In this document: piece after piece, positions 23,559 to 34,895 of the stretch
How positions within the stretch are numbered: position 1 is the stretch's first letter
How the letters are laid out: every line of letters starts with the position of its first letter
DNA from: Barthelona sp. PCE
Taxonomy: Eukaryota
Assembly: GCA_040285745.1 (NCBI GenBank)
Contig: JAUFOR010000008.1
Location: forward strand, 868,001 to 932,000
Length of the DNA: 64,000 bases
Direction: 5' to 3'
Notes under the pieces: generated by a model
The model's database searches: none
Told to the model about the DNA's origin: nothing
Seen by the model: the letters and a program-made list of their open reading frames with translations, nothing else
Translations under genes and position numbers: made by a program

Positions 23559-23963
23559 ATGCCAAAAGCTTCATCATTACAAAAATTGACCGCCCTACTT
23601 CTGGGATGCGTCATCAGCGGCCTCACAGTGCTTTTAAAGGACAAACTTCCACCTTTAGTTGGAGGTATGTTTGGAACAGCCACTTACTTTCTGTTCTTAA
23701 CCTTTTTAAGCAACCTCACACGCTTCAATGACCCCAATTGGTTCTTTGTTATCATTAGTTTAATCACTTCTTTGATTGTTGCAGGACAAGTACATGGTAT
23801 CTCTGTTACCTCTTCTTTCCTAATGAGCATTGGTCTTACCTATGTTATGAAGACGTTAGATGCTGCTGCTGCCAAGAAGAAGAGAATGGAAGAGCGTGAA
23901 AAGAGTGCTCAAGAAAAGAAGACTAAAAGTAAGAACAAGAACAATAAGCGAAAGAGGAGATAA
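23559..23963 (+). CDS. KRTCAP2: Keratinocyte-associated protein 2 (OST accessory subunit KCP2)
   Basis: Multi-TM protein with GGMFG..FLFLTFLSNL and AGQVHGISVT; basic tail. Confidence 0.75.
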   Translation: MPKASSLQKLTALLLGCVISGLTVLLKDKLPPLVGGMFGTATYFLFLTFLSNLTRFNDPNWFFVIISLITSLIVAGQVHGISVTSSFLMSIGLTYVMKTLDAAAAKKKRMEEREKSAQEKKTKSKNKNNKRKRR

Positions 23964-24014
23964 ACTTTTTTTTTACTTTTTGTGTGTAATAAACTAAGAA
24001 AACATTGTCTTCTG

Positions 24015-24971
24015 CTAATCATAATAATAGATTTGGGTAAAAGCTTTATGAGCATCACTTCTAGTATCTGTAACCACATCATTATATATTAAAGCATCAA
24101 ATTCAGCTTTCTCCGTTTCAAATGTGTGGGAAGATCTTCTTGCGATGTCAATAAATTCATCAACTATATGTTGTGAAAACTTAACTATATAGCGATCATA
24201 TGGGATAGTTGATACTTTATGTTCAAACATAGGTTTCTCCGGGTGGAACATTGAGGCAAAAATTGGGTAGGATATATGCTCGAAAGTGTTAACAAATTCA
24301 CGATCTTCCAACTTACTTACTGTTGTCACAATATATTCGTCTGAGATGCTGCTTATGCTTTGGTTATAAAAATCATTCAACCAAAAAGAGTTTCGATGGT
24401 TGTGAAAACCAAGGTTACGCTCTTCCTTAATAGAAAGTTTAATATTGTCTGATACTCTGTAAAACATTTGTGAACCAATAAAACGTTTCGTACGATACAA
24501 AGGAATAGCCTTGTTTCGAACTAGTACATTGTTAAGGGGGAGACCCTCAGCAATTGCTATGTTCTCATATCCAAGACAAATTCCCATCAGTGGAAAAACA
24601 CTTCCCTCACTATTGATTTTTTTAACATATTCTACAATTTTCGCTGTAAAATTCTGGTATTCTGTCGGCACACCGTCATCATCGACAAGAATGATACCTC
24701 CACCTGGAAATAAAACACCGTTTACCTGATTTAGAACTTTTTTCCATTCAGATTCAGGTGTACGGCTGTCAAGCGCAACTACCCGTGCACCCGCGGACTC
24801 GATGTATTTCACGTATGATGCAGCAATATATGTTTGCTTTTCGGGATATGGTGGGTATCTGTAGTCTGTTGGCTGAGCAATAACAGCGATTATGGGTGAT
24901 TCAATGGCCTTTGCCGCTGAAAGCAACAACACTATGCCCAGAAGCATTGTACTAATTAGTGATCGCTTCAT
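24015..24971 (-). CDS. GGH: Gamma-glutamyl hydrolase (peptidase C26), secreted/lysosomal
   Basis: Signal peptide; YIAASYVKYIESAGARV, NGVLFPGG, GICLG, FHPEK. Confidence 0.93.
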   Translation of the reverse strand: MKRSLISTMLLGIVLLLSAAKAIESPIIAVIAQPTDYRYPPYPEKQTYIAASYVKYIESAGARVVALDSRTPESEWKKVLNQVNGVLFPGGGIILVDDDGVPTEYQNFTAKIVEYVKKINSEGSVFPLMGICLGYENIAIAEGLPLNNVLVRNKAIPLYRTKRFIGSQMFYRVSDNIKLSIKEERNLGFHNHRNSFWLNDFYNQSISSISDEYIVTTVSKLEDREFVNTFEHISYPIFASMFHPEKPMFEHKVSTIPYDRYIVKFSQHIVDEFIDIARRSSHTFETEKAEFDALIYNDVVTDTRSDAHKAFTQIYYYD

Positions 24972-25503
24972 GATAAGAGTTAAATATGTGATAGCAATTG
25001 AATAGACCTTTACGGCAAAGAGTGTTGTGTAAATCTCGTTACACCACAGGAATAGATGCAGCACTGTAGGTATAGTTACTCTATATATTTAAACGAATGA
25101 GAAAAGCATTTTTTTAAAAGGAGCTCAAATCCATTTTAAACTGTATCAGCGTATTTGAGCACATGCATTTGCTATGGGCAAATTATGTGGGCTAAACATT
25201 CATTTTTTGCTTTAAACACCAAGAAAAAAATTGTTAAAGCTTTTTAAAATGTTTTATCATTAAACTCACGTAATGAAATAGTATTTTGATCATATAGATG
25301 CTCATAAAACCACACTAAACAATATTCACAACTCAATATGGAAACCTGCTTTCTCAGACAACTCTGGTTTGGAATGAAAAAGAGCATTGTTAACACAAGA
25401 AAAAGTTAGAGAGTTCAAATACACTTTGTATGATATTGGGAATTTACTTCAGATTGTTATAAATCATTTTTTTGTTTTCATTTTACTTACCTTTACAACA
25501 AAA

Positions 25504-25827
25504 ATGACAAAGGAAAAAGCAGAAAAGGAGGATACCGAAGGGAAAAACGCACTTAAACAACTATTAAACAATATTTCAGACGTTGAATCTACAGCTCGCT
25601 TTATTTCAGCATATTACCGGACTGGTGAGCTGTCTGTGGAGGGGGTAGATGCTCTAAACGCAGCAGTAGACATGTACATAGGTATAATTAAGGAAGAATG
25701 TGGAGAAGAAATATTTGAGGATGATTTTGAACATTTGATGGTTAAATGGTTAGATGCATCATGTAATAATTCTCAAATACCCTCACCTCAGATCATAGTT
25801 GAGTTTGTAATGTCTCAATTGTACTAG
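25504..25827 (+). CDS. Small acidic hypothetical protein
   Basis: ORF from ATG 25504. Confidence 0.55.
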   Translation: MTKEKAEKEDTEGKNALKQLLNNISDVESTARFISAYYRTGELSVEGVDALNAAVDMYIGIIKEECGEEIFEDDFEHLMVKWLDASCNNSQIPSPQIIVEFVMSQLY

Positions 25828-25829
25828 AT

Positions 25830-27734
25830 TTACTTACGCTTTTTTCCTTTTCCCTTTTTCTTCCCTTTCTTACCTTTCTTGCCTTTCTTCTTACTCTTCT
25901 TTGCAGGAGGTGCACGTAGAAGACCACTTCCAGGTCGAGGAAGGTTCTGAATAAGAGTCTGATAATCTTGATCTTCAGGTACAAACATAACTCTTTTTAA
26001 GTTCTTTTTAACAGTTTCTCTGCTTGATAATTTCAGTTTAGATGTCTTGAAAACATCATCAATTCGTCTTTCCATTCTTATATTACGTATGGAGCTTACA
26101 GGCGGAGTTGGTGCGCGCTTCCTATATTTGGGAATAACATCATTAGGGTTTGGAATAACGATCTTTTCTTCTTCTTCAACCTCTGCTGTTGGTGCAGTTG
26201 TACTCTTTTTGGACTTCTTGGATTTCTTAGGCGGAACTTTTTTGGGAGCTTTGCTAGCTTTTCCTTTACCTTTCTTTTTACCAGATGTACCTTTAAGTTC
26301 AGCAATGATTTCCTTCCGGCGATCTTTCACCAATGAAAGAATATCAATGCTTGGTCTATTCGGAGCTCTTTCAGGACGATCTCGTTCAAGGTTATCAGGA
26401 TTTTGATGAGTAACACCCTTTAAACGTACTTTGCGTTTTCCAACATAAACTTCAGTATTGGTCTCTTGAATAAACATCGGCTTTTTCCTAATATAAGTGG
26501 AAATCCATTGATCACCCTCAGCATTATATATCTTCTTCTTTAGCTCAATAGGTTCTTCCATCTTATATCCGTACACACCCTTCTTCAATCGCTCGTTTTG
26601 TACTGGTTCTTCAAAACCTCCTGTGAGATTAGAAATTGCAGCAGGTGCAGTGGAAGGACGAGCAGCTGCATCAATGTGAGGCCGTGGAGGTAACTCGACC
26701 GATTCCTCTTGCTCTTCTTCAAATTTGTATATGTCACGGGCTCTTGATGCCCAGAGCACACTTTCACGCTGTCTTGTGAGCTGTGTTCGTTTCTTTGCAT
26801 TGCGAACTTCAAAATCACGTTTCCTTCTCTGAATTTCTGACTCAATCGATTGCTCAAGATCACGAATTCGTTGCAGTTCCTTCTCCTCCTTCTCTTTTTC
26901 CGGATCATTCTGCACAACTTCATTGATGCTTTGGTCTATGCGATTAATCATTAGGAGATCAGGCCGAGCACTATATAAAGTCCTTAAGTTTTCTTTTAAA
27001 GCATCTTCACCAACGCTCTTCAGTCTATTCAACCTTCGATCCTTGACAAGGTTCTCCGTTCTTTGCTTGTATTTCTGGAATAGATTGGGCTTAAAATAGC
27101 CGTTCAAGTTGGATGAATAATTCGTCTTAGGTTCAAGCTTCGAGGGTAACTTTGGTACCAACAACTCATTTAATAATGGGATATTAGGTATGTTAGTCTC
27201 TAACTCTTCTATATTACCTGATATACTATTCACAAGTTGGTTTTTCCGAGATTCTTGTTCTGTATAACCATCAAGTGTATAACGAGGTATTGATTCAGCA
27301 TCTTTTATCTCAGATTCCATGACACCCTGCCACCAAGTGTGAATTTTCTCCACTTCAGCAGCTAAAGCCTTCTTTTCACCACCCTTATTATCCAATTCCC
27401 TTAAAACAGAACGTAAAGATGCAGCAACAGCTGAATTATAGAATCTGTCACACTCTATGCTCTTATACAGGTTTGGCGGGAGCGGGAACCGCTGTGTTGT
27501 AGATTCTGGATTCTGTTTAAGAAATTCTTTCATTGCTTGTAAATTTGCACTTTTTGGGAGTTTATATCGATCTCCTGGCATTCCTGGTGTGGGAGCCACG
27601 GTTGTCAGTTTCTGCGCACTCATTTCGAGGCGTTCTGACTGTCGTTTAAAACTTCTATCGAGGTGATAGTTCTTTATGACCCTAGGTGCAGCCTCAGTCT
27701 CTGCGCTTGGCTTTGCGCGTCGCCTTGGAGGCAT
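25830..27734 (-). CDS. Lys-rich coiled-coil hypothetical protein
   Basis: 634-aa ORF with KKGKKGKK tail. Confidence 0.75.
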   Translation of the reverse strand: MPPRRRAKPSAETEAAPRVIKNYHLDRSFKRQSERLEMSAQKLTTVAPTPGMPGDRYKLPKSANLQAMKEFLKQNPESTTQRFPLPPNLYKSIECDRFYNSAVAASLRSVLRELDNKGGEKKALAAEVEKIHTWWQGVMESEIKDAESIPRYTLDGYTEQESRKNQLVNSISGNIEELETNIPNIPLLNELLVPKLPSKLEPKTNYSSNLNGYFKPNLFQKYKQRTENLVKDRRLNRLKSVGEDALKENLRTLYSARPDLLMINRIDQSINEVVQNDPEKEKEEKELQRIRDLEQSIESEIQRRKRDFEVRNAKKRTQLTRQRESVLWASRARDIYKFEEEQEESVELPPRPHIDAAARPSTAPAAISNLTGGFEEPVQNERLKKGVYGYKMEEPIELKKKIYNAEGDQWISTYIRKKPMFIQETNTEVYVGKRKVRLKGVTHQNPDNLERDRPERAPNRPSIDILSLVKDRRKEIIAELKGTSGKKKGKGKASKAPKKVPPKKSKKSKKSTTAPTAEVEEEEKIVIPNPNDVIPKYRKRAPTPPVSSIRNIRMERRIDDVFKTSKLKLSSRETVKKNLKRVMFVPEDQDYQTLIQNLPRPGSGLLRAPPAKKSKKKGKKGKKGKKKGKGKKRK

Positions 27735-27806
27735 ATAAAAGTTGTAGAAAAGGAATTAAACTGTTTTACAAGTTTAATCCATTTCCAGGAAATATATAAT
27801 GAATAT

Positions 27807-29882
27807 ATGAAGTATAGAAAAAAATCTCGCCACCTTTCAACCGGGTCTGCAGTCTCCATCGATCAACTAACGATGGATGATAAAATACGCACAGTTAAGG
27901 AGCTACTTCCACATTGTACACTTTTAATTAATCAATCCTTCAAGGCACAACCCACAAAGCTCAATCTAGACCAAAATTTTGATCCTAACGAGCTAGACTT
28001 TTCTGAATACGAAAGGAAGATGAGCGCGTACAAATTGTCACATGAAGAGAGTGAAGAGATTGAAAAGAGAATCATCAAGCCACCCAAACCATTCCCAAAG
28101 TTTATGCACCAACGTAGTGAAAGTTTTGATTACAAAGATATGCTAAAGGAGGCACGTAAGTCTTTGGACAGCCTAAATCATCTTTCAAAGATTACAGAAA
28201 CGAAGCTCATTGACAGTTTCTTGAACACAGCTAAGATTGGGAAAAACAGGCAGAGTTATTTTGAATTTTTGCATGAACGGTATTCAGATTTCGAAGAAAA
28301 CATGTTTGATTCACTTTTTCCTCAATGGGATCAGGTCTTGGCAAACGATACTGGAAAGAAACAGGACGCTGCATCACATGCGTCGATTGTATCAAAAATT
28401 ACAGAGTTGATCCAGAAGCAGGATGAAGATAATGGAAGTTCTGGGAAAGATGACAGACCGAAGTCGATAGGCACAAGTGTTAACGTCAATGTATCCATTG
28501 GAGATCCCATTCACGACATGTACAGTGATATTATAGCAGAAGAACCATTACAGTCAGCAAAATCAGCAAATTTTATACCAGAATCCATGGATATTGCTCC
28601 ACCAAAGCGGAAAAAGAAGGACACAAGAGTTCGCCGAAAGAACGAGAGTGTTGAGGTGTATTTGAAGAGACGAGCTGAGGAAGTGAAGAAAGTGGATCCT
28701 CTGGAAGAAGTTGATCGTTATTATGAGGAGAGTTTGCACGTGATTAAGGGCATCAGTAACTGGGTGTTGAAGAAGTACTATGATATGATTACTTCTTTTA
28801 GAGAAGAGATGATGCAGCGATTCGAACGATTTCAGACAATTATCAAAAAGAGGAACATTGATATGTTGGAAGTTGTTTATCAGTGCACTTTGTTTGACGC
28901 AACCGAGATGCTCTTTACTGCGCTTCGTGATGCGTTTATGATCCGTCTCCACCCATTCCATAAAGGGACAAAGCCACTGGGACACATTCAGAACGAGTTT
29001 GAGGATGATTATCAACGCCATGTCAGACAGATAAAAGAGAGGAGGAGGCGGCCGTCTCAAAGACGCATGTCATTGGCACGGCGTATGTCGATGGATCATG
29101 ATTTTTCAGGACAAGAGGACAATACTTACTCCACCAATGAAGATAGACCATCGAATCAGATAGCAAGACCCGTATCTCCAATGATGGCGGACCTTGAATT
29201 CTTTCCGGAATCATTTCAGCAAGGATCCATATCAGTTTGGCGAAAATTTAGGTTAGAGTTGAATGAAGGTGATGCTTCACTCGCCAAACGACATACTTTT
29301 TATATGAATCTTCTCAAGTACTTTAAGCAGAGATCATTATCGGATGTGCACCCAGCAGAGGGGCGTCTGGCAGAAGTCTTGAGAGAGTATTGTCGCGGAC
29401 GCGGAATCATCAACCCTCAAGTACTTGAACCATTAGCGTTTCAGTGTACAGCGGAGGATATTATCGAGCCTAACGTTGTTACGTTCATTAAGTTAGTTGG
29501 AAGTTTGTTGGGAGAGGCTGAAAGTCGTGTGGAGTCGATCATTAATGGGTTGTACTCTGAGAATGAGCTAAAGCAGGCACGTCGTTCAAAGATGATGAAA
29601 ATGATGGAACAGCGCTCCAGACCCGTAACCCCTGTTAGCAACAATGAAAACTACGAAGAACTGTTCGATGTTCTTGACAACATAGATATGGAAGCTATTC
29701 CTATTGCCACAACACAGCCTCCAAAACGACGTACAAGTCATCTCAGTATGCAAAGTTTTGGTGTTAGCACAAGCGAGCAGAGTGATTATAAGCGAGCAGA
29801 TCGTATAAGCAGGCTGTCATCAACACATGAGAGTCAGCTTATGTTCAAGGCTATTGAGAACGTGCGTGTAAGATCTCGTTAG
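27807..29882 (+). CDS. Hypothetical protein (~690 aa)
   Basis: Long ORF; first ATG at 27807. Confidence 0.75.
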   Translation: MKYRKKSRHLSTGSAVSIDQLTMDDKIRTVKELLPHCTLLINQSFKAQPTKLNLDQNFDPNELDFSEYERKMSAYKLSHEESEEIEKRIIKPPKPFPKFMHQRSESFDYKDMLKEARKSLDSLNHLSKITETKLIDSFLNTAKIGKNRQSYFEFLHERYSDFEENMFDSLFPQWDQVLANDTGKKQDAASHASIVSKITELIQKQDEDNGSSGKDDRPKSIGTSVNVNVSIGDPIHDMYSDIIAEEPLQSAKSANFIPESMDIAPPKRKKKDTRVRRKNESVEVYLKRRAEEVKKVDPLEEVDRYYEESLHVIKGISNWVLKKYYDMITSFREEMMQRFERFQTIIKKRNIDMLEVVYQCTLFDATEMLFTALRDAFMIRLHPFHKGTKPLGHIQNEFEDDYQRHVRQIKERRRRPSQRRMSLARRMSMDHDFSGQEDNTYSTNEDRPSNQIARPVSPMMADLEFFPESFQQGSISVWRKFRLELNEGDASLAKRHTFYMNLLKYFKQRSLSDVHPAEGRLAEVLREYCRGRGIINPQVLEPLAFQCTAEDIIEPNVVTFIKLVGSLLGEAESRVESIINGLYSENELKQARRSKMMKMMEQRSRPVTPVSNNENYEELFDVLDNIDMEAIPIATTQPPKRRTSHLSMQSFGVSTSEQSDYKRADRISRLSSTHESQLMFKAIENVRVRSR

Positions 29883-30216
29883 TCAACTTGATTTTGGAAG
29901 TAGACAGTCTTTGTAGCTCATTACCTGATGCACATCTAGTTATGTTGTAAGCATATGGTGGTAGTTGGATCTCCCACCTCACTGATTGTAAACCAGTGCG
30001 AAACATTGAGCGATTCTTCAAGAAAAAGTAGTGAATGGAAAAGTTTTTTGTGTTAAAATTTCGTTATTTCTTCACTTGAATAACCTAATAAATCAAATCT
30101 TATGCGTGTTTCAACCGAACATATTAGAAATAGCTAATAGAAATTTTGTTTTCACGTTTTAAACGTCTATTACACCTTTTCACATCTTTTAATAACTCAC
30201 AAGCGATTTACAAGTA

Positions 30217-31746
30217 ATGGTATTGCACGAATTGGGAGGAAAAATTACAGGGGCCTTAAGGAAACTAAAGCTTAAATCTAGCGTCGATCAGGAGGTCTTA
30301 GATGAAGTAATTACAGAGATCTGCGACGCTCTTCTTGAGGCGGATGTTGCACGTAACTTAGTTCTAGACCTCAAGATCAAAGTACGTTCTGCTGTGAACA
30401 TTGAAGATTTAGCTTCAGGTATGAACCCGCATAGAGTTGTACAGACTGCTGTGATCGAGCAACTGACCGAGCTGATGGATCCAGGCGTTGAGCCGGTGAA
30501 ATTACGTAAGGGTCGCACTCAGGTGGTTATGTTTGTTGGTCTCCAGGGTTCTGGTAAGACAACAACGTGCGCAAAGTACGCAAACTACTACATGAAACAG
30601 AAGTGGAAGGTTGCAGTTGTATGTGCGGATACTTTCCGTGCAGGTGCTTTTGATCAGGTCAAGCAGAACTGTACCGCTATTCATTGTCCTTTCTATGGTT
30701 CATACACCGAGGCCGATCCCGTAAAGATCGCCAGCGAGGGTGTGGACATGTTCAGAAGAGAGAACTACGAGTTGATCATTGTTGATACGTCGGGTCGTCA
30801 CAAACAGGAGACTGCTCTTTTCAACGAAATGCAGGAAATCTATAACGCAGTTAGACCAGACGAGACAGTGTTTGTTATGGATGCACTTATCGGTCAGGCT
30901 GCGTACACACAGGCTATTGCTTTCAAAGACGCTGTACCAGTCGGTTCTGTCATCATGACGAAAATGGATGGTGGCTCAAAGGGTGGTGGTGCCATTTCAG
31001 CTGTTGCTGCGACGAAAGCCCCCATTATATTCTTTGGTGATGGTGAAGGCTTTGATTCTCTTGAAGAGTTCAACGTCCACTCATTCATCTCTTCCCTTTT
31101 AGGTTATGGTAACCCAGAGGCACTGAAGCGTGTGCTTTTGAACGCAAACATTGATGAGGAGCAGACAAAGCAAATGATTACTACCCTCACAAGAGGTGAG
31201 TTCACGTTGCGAGATATGCGTCAACAATGGTCTATGCTTGATCAGCTCGGCCCAATGAGCAAGATCGCAGAAATGCTGCCGGTGGGCCCTCTACAGGACA
31301 TGTTTGGTAATGAACAGATGAAGCGTCGTATGCTTGCTATGCTCAACGCCATGTCCGACATTGAACTGGATAATCCACAAATATTCAAAACAGAGCGTCG
31401 TCGTATCAGACGCGTTGCCATTGGATCTGGCTCACGCGACGAAGACGTTGAGGCTCTCCTTATTAACTACAAACAAGTTGAGCCCTTCTTTAAGAACATG
31501 GGTAAGTCAGGTCTTGGTGATGTCATGAACATGATGCAATCAGGTGGCAGAGTCGACCAAGGTATGATGATGAACATGATGAACCAGATGATGAGTGGAA
31601 AGGGCATGAAGGGCATGAAGGGTGCTCAGATGAATCAGATGCAGAACATGATGAGGCAAATGATGGCCGGTGGTGGTATTCCAGCCGGTATGAAGGGTAT
31701 GCCTGGTATGGGTAATATAGGTAACCTTATGAATATGATGAAGTAA
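30217..31746 (+). CDS. SRP54: Signal recognition particle 54 kDa subunit
   Basis: GLQGSGKTT, DTFRAGA, DTSGRH, TKMDG, Met-rich M domain. Confidence 0.98.
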   Translation: MVLHELGGKITGALRKLKLKSSVDQEVLDEVITEICDALLEADVARNLVLDLKIKVRSAVNIEDLASGMNPHRVVQTAVIEQLTELMDPGVEPVKLRKGRTQVVMFVGLQGSGKTTTCAKYANYYMKQKWKVAVVCADTFRAGAFDQVKQNCTAIHCPFYGSYTEADPVKIASEGVDMFRRENYELIIVDTSGRHKQETALFNEMQEIYNAVRPDETVFVMDALIGQAAYTQAIAFKDAVPVGSVIMTKMDGGSKGGGAISAVAATKAPIIFFGDGEGFDSLEEFNVHSFISSLLGYGNPEALKRVLLNANIDEEQTKQMITTLTRGEFTLRDMRQQWSMLDQLGPMSKIAEMLPVGPLQDMFGNEQMKRRMLAMLNAMSDIELDNPQIFKTERRRIRRVAIGSGSRDEDVEALLINYKQVEPFFKNMGKSGLGDVMNMMQSGGRVDQGMMMNMMNQMMSGKGMKGMKGAQMNQMQNMMRQMMAGGGIPAGMKGMPGMGNIGNLMNMMK

Positions 31747-31886
31747 ATAGCACAGTATTGTTTTTATTGACAATGCACTACAAAAGCACACAAAAAACCT
31801 CTTATCGATATTCACAAACGTTATCAGTATCTGACTGTCATCCATTCTTGCCTTGCTTGGTGTCTAAATTCTAATCAAGCACTGAA

Positions 31887-32486
31887 TTACCCTCCAGAAT
31901 GTTGTGTACAACAAAAATGCTTGCCTGAATGCGGATTCGTATATCGGGCAGCTGCCGAACACATGTGGCACTTATGTAAGGCAGGTTGCTTCTTATTGAG
32001 CTCACCATTTGTGAAGTAAGTTGTACCCATTGGAGTTGTAATTACCATAACCTCGCTGTCAACTTTCAACTCACATGCGCCACTGAGAATGCGTTCTTCA
32101 TGCTTGCGTGTCTTTGCTGCCTTCTTACGCAAAATTTTTTCAATGATTCGCTCACGTTCCAAAACTTGTTTTTTCCTCATAACAATTTTTCGTTTCTGTG
32201 CTTTTATACGGCGTGCAGCTCTCTCCTCATCAGTCACTACCTTCTTGACCGTTATCTCATCTGTAAACGTAACTTTAGTTGCAGCTCTTGTTTTTCGACG
32301 CATTGTTTGTTCTGTTCGAATTTTCTCAAGCAGTTGAATGTCATTCAGTTCATCATCTTCAGTGGCAAAAAGCCTTGTTACGGATTTATCCTTCTTTCGT
32401 GCGTTTGTAGCCCGTCTGTAGCTCTCAGCTTCATCTTCGTAATCCCACTCATCGTCAGGAACGTATTCCTCGTCAGATGATGACAT
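31887..32486 (-). CDS. INO80B: INO80 complex subunit B/Ies2-like (PAPA-1 plus C-terminal Cys knuckle)
   Basis: RRIKAQKRK...ERERIIEKILRK; CHMCSAAARYTNPHSGKHFC. Confidence 0.65.
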   Translation of the reverse strand: MSSSDEEYVPDDEWDYEDEAESYRRATNARKKDKSVTRLFATEDDELNDIQLLEKIRTEQTMRRKTRAATKVTFTDEITVKKVVTDEERAARRIKAQKRKIVMRKKQVLERERIIEKILRKKAAKTRKHEERILSGACELKVDSEVMVITTPMGTTYFTNGELNKKQPALHKCHMCSAAARYTNPHSGKHFCCTQHSGG

Positions 32487-32778
32487 TTATATTAAAAATA
32501 TAGGTTAAAAGGTATGGAAAGCGAAAACATTTTTAACCCCGATTGTGCTTGAACTATCTTATATTTGAATGGGTGATCGGCCCCTTCAAGGTTATCTTTC
32601 GCTATGTAGGTAAAAAAATATAAATTATGAGGAGTAACTGGAAAAAATGAATTGCAGGGTGTTTTCACGTATTCTATATGATAATTAATAGCTTTCAGTA
32701 CAGCGAAACACAGCATTTAACGCTCATAGATTCAGAACTGGATATATAGAACGTGTTTCTACTTACCTTTTCCATTCC

Positions 32779-34118
32779 ATGGTTGTGTCAGTATTTTTTG
32801 TTTTCACTCGTCGGGGAGAGATTATCTCGTACAAAAACTTCGATTCTGCTGTGAGGTATGTTCATAACAAAATAGATAAACAATGTTTTTTCTGACATTT
32901 AGTCGTACAGAAGTTTCAGAGTACAAGGCAAGCCTTATTGCTTCGAAAATCATCGATACACCCATCACACTTCAACCAGGAGGCACATCATATATCCACA
33001 AGCAACACAATGACGTTTACTGCTGTCTAGGGGGAAAAGGGGACATGGATATCGCACTGTCTTTTGAGTACCTTAATTCCCTCATCAAGATCTTTGAAGA
33101 CATTTTTGGGAAATTGTGTGAAGATAGTCTAAAGGATAATTTCACCAGTTACATGTTGCTTTTAGAAGAGACATGTGAGTTCGGTGTTGTGCAACAGACG
33201 AATCCCAGCATGCTTGCTGAAATTCTGGGTATTAGTGCAAACCAGCATCAAACAGAGAGTGATCTGAATGCAATCGCAATTCAAGCCACTGGTCAGATAT
33301 CATGGCGCCCCCGTGGAATCGAGCACGATCTTAACACCATATTCCTTGATATTATTGAGGAATGCAATATCTTGGTATCACAAACTGGTGAAATTTTGAA
33401 CAGTGAAATCACAGGAGCAATTGAGGCAAATAGTGTCCTCTCTGGTATGCCCGATTGCCGTCTCGGTCTTAACGATCAAATGTGGCTCAAATCAATGCGT
33501 TCTGCTGCTGCGACGGATTCTACACGTCCTGTTTTCGATCAGTGGTCATTCCACCAATGTGTTCGTCTTTCGGAGCTCGAGAGCGAGCGTGCTATCTGTT
33601 TTATTCCTCCGGATGGCGAGTTTACTCTTATGAACTATCGTGTTAACGCTAATGAATTCTTACCATTTAAGGTCAGTCCGCTTATCAACCAGGTTGGCTC
33701 AAAGTACGAGTACAGAGTAACTATAGAGTCTGACTTTTCAAACATTAACGCTGAAGCACGACAAGTAATTGTTAAGATTCCTGTACCTCACAATGCTGCT
33801 TCTGCTGACATATCTGTATCACAAGGTGGAGGTAAAGCTCGTTTTGAACCTGAAAATGGTGGTATGGTATGGCGTATTCTTGCGTTCGAGAACAGTAAGT
33901 CTTTTGTGCTTACAGCATTGGTACATTGTTTAGGAAGTGGTAATCAGAAAGTTTGGGATCGTCCTCCCATCTCTGTCGAGTTTATTTTACCTGGTGAGGC
34001 TGCAAGTGGGTTACACGTTGAATACCTTAAGGTTGTAAGTAGCGAAGACGATGAAGCTCAAAAGAAGGCGAGGTATATCACAAAGGCTAGTGAGAATCAG
34101 TACCTTATTCGACTGTAA
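32779..34118 (+). CDS. AP2M1: Adaptor complex mu subunit, AP-2 mu-like, two exons (32779-32855 and 32903-34118)
   Basis: TGQISWR, LSGMPDCRLGLND, FHQCVRL, FIPPDGEF, WDRPPIS; exon 1 MVVSVFFVFTRRGEIISYKNF. Confidence 0.8.
32856..32902 (+). other. Spliceosomal intron, 47 nt, phase 2
   Basis: GTATGT...CTGACATTTAG; removal restores the longin N-terminus. Confidence 0.88.
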
Positions 34119-34241
34119 ATAATAGAGCGTGATTATCAATTATTATTTATTTCTTTCTGACAGCGTTAATTGAAGGACCTGCTTACGCTTATGATATGAT
34201 AGAAAATGCTGATTGAACTTGAATATGTAACAACATGTTGC

Positions 34242-34895
34242 TCAAGTCCAAGCACTTCGTACAGCAACATTAGAAATGACTTCGACATCACTGAAGAGTC
34301 CTTCATCCTCATCCTCGATCTCATCCTCGGACTCAATTTCACTGTCTTCGTAATAATCGTCCTCAACCTTGACGGGTTCTGAAACTTCCATTTTCATCTC
34401 AATGTCCTTGTGTGCGTTGAAGAACTCTAGAGCAGTGACACCACCGCCATCGACTTCCTCAGGTACGACGAAATTAACAGAATCATGTGCGAGTTGCTTG
34501 CGAATCTCGTTAGAATTGCGTACGTATCCAATATGATTGCTCGAATCGTCTTCAAAGAAGCTTGAGAAACCCATGATAAAGGTTTCTATACACCAACCAC
34601 CAGGACTGTAACCATCGGAAACGTGATAGTTAGTGAAAGATGTACAGATCTTTGTGTTCGTTTCAAAACGTCCGCTGGGGGTGTACATCATGATATCGCA
34701 TGCATCAAAAGGATATTTGGGACCCAAAATGAGTTCACCACAATAATATCCTTCTTCGTAAACAGTTTGTGTGGGGCCTTTTAAGCAAAACATAAATCTT
34801 CTAAGGCCTGTTCCGATTGGGACAACGACATAAAGTTCGCTTTGTCTTGCAAGCATAAGCTCACGCATAATTCGATTGGTTCTAATATTGTCCAT
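34242..34895 (-). CDS. Ubiquitin-conjugating enzyme, Ubc6/UBE2J-type
   Basis: GPTQTVYEEGYY, TPSGRFETNTKICTSFTNYH; acidic tail. Confidence 0.85.
   Translation of the reverse strand: MDNIRTNRIMRELMLARQSELYVVVPIGTGLRRFMFCLKGPTQTVYEEGYYCGELILGPKYPFDACDIMMYTPSGRFETNTKICTSFTNYHVSDGYSPGGWCIETFIMGFSSFFEDDSSNHIGYVRNSNEIRKQLAHDSVNFVVPEEVDGGGVTALEFFNAHKDIEMKMEVSEPVKVEDDYYEDSEIESEDEIEDEDEGLFSDVEVISNVAVRSAWT

Noticed and set aside
29925-30004. CTGATG...CGAAAC as a hammerhead ribozyme
   Set aside because: The core reads CTGATGC rather than CUGANGA, and there is no stem I or cleavage triplet
31520-31746. Met/Gly low-complexity tail of SRP54
   Set aside because: Normal for the eukaryotic SRP54 M domain
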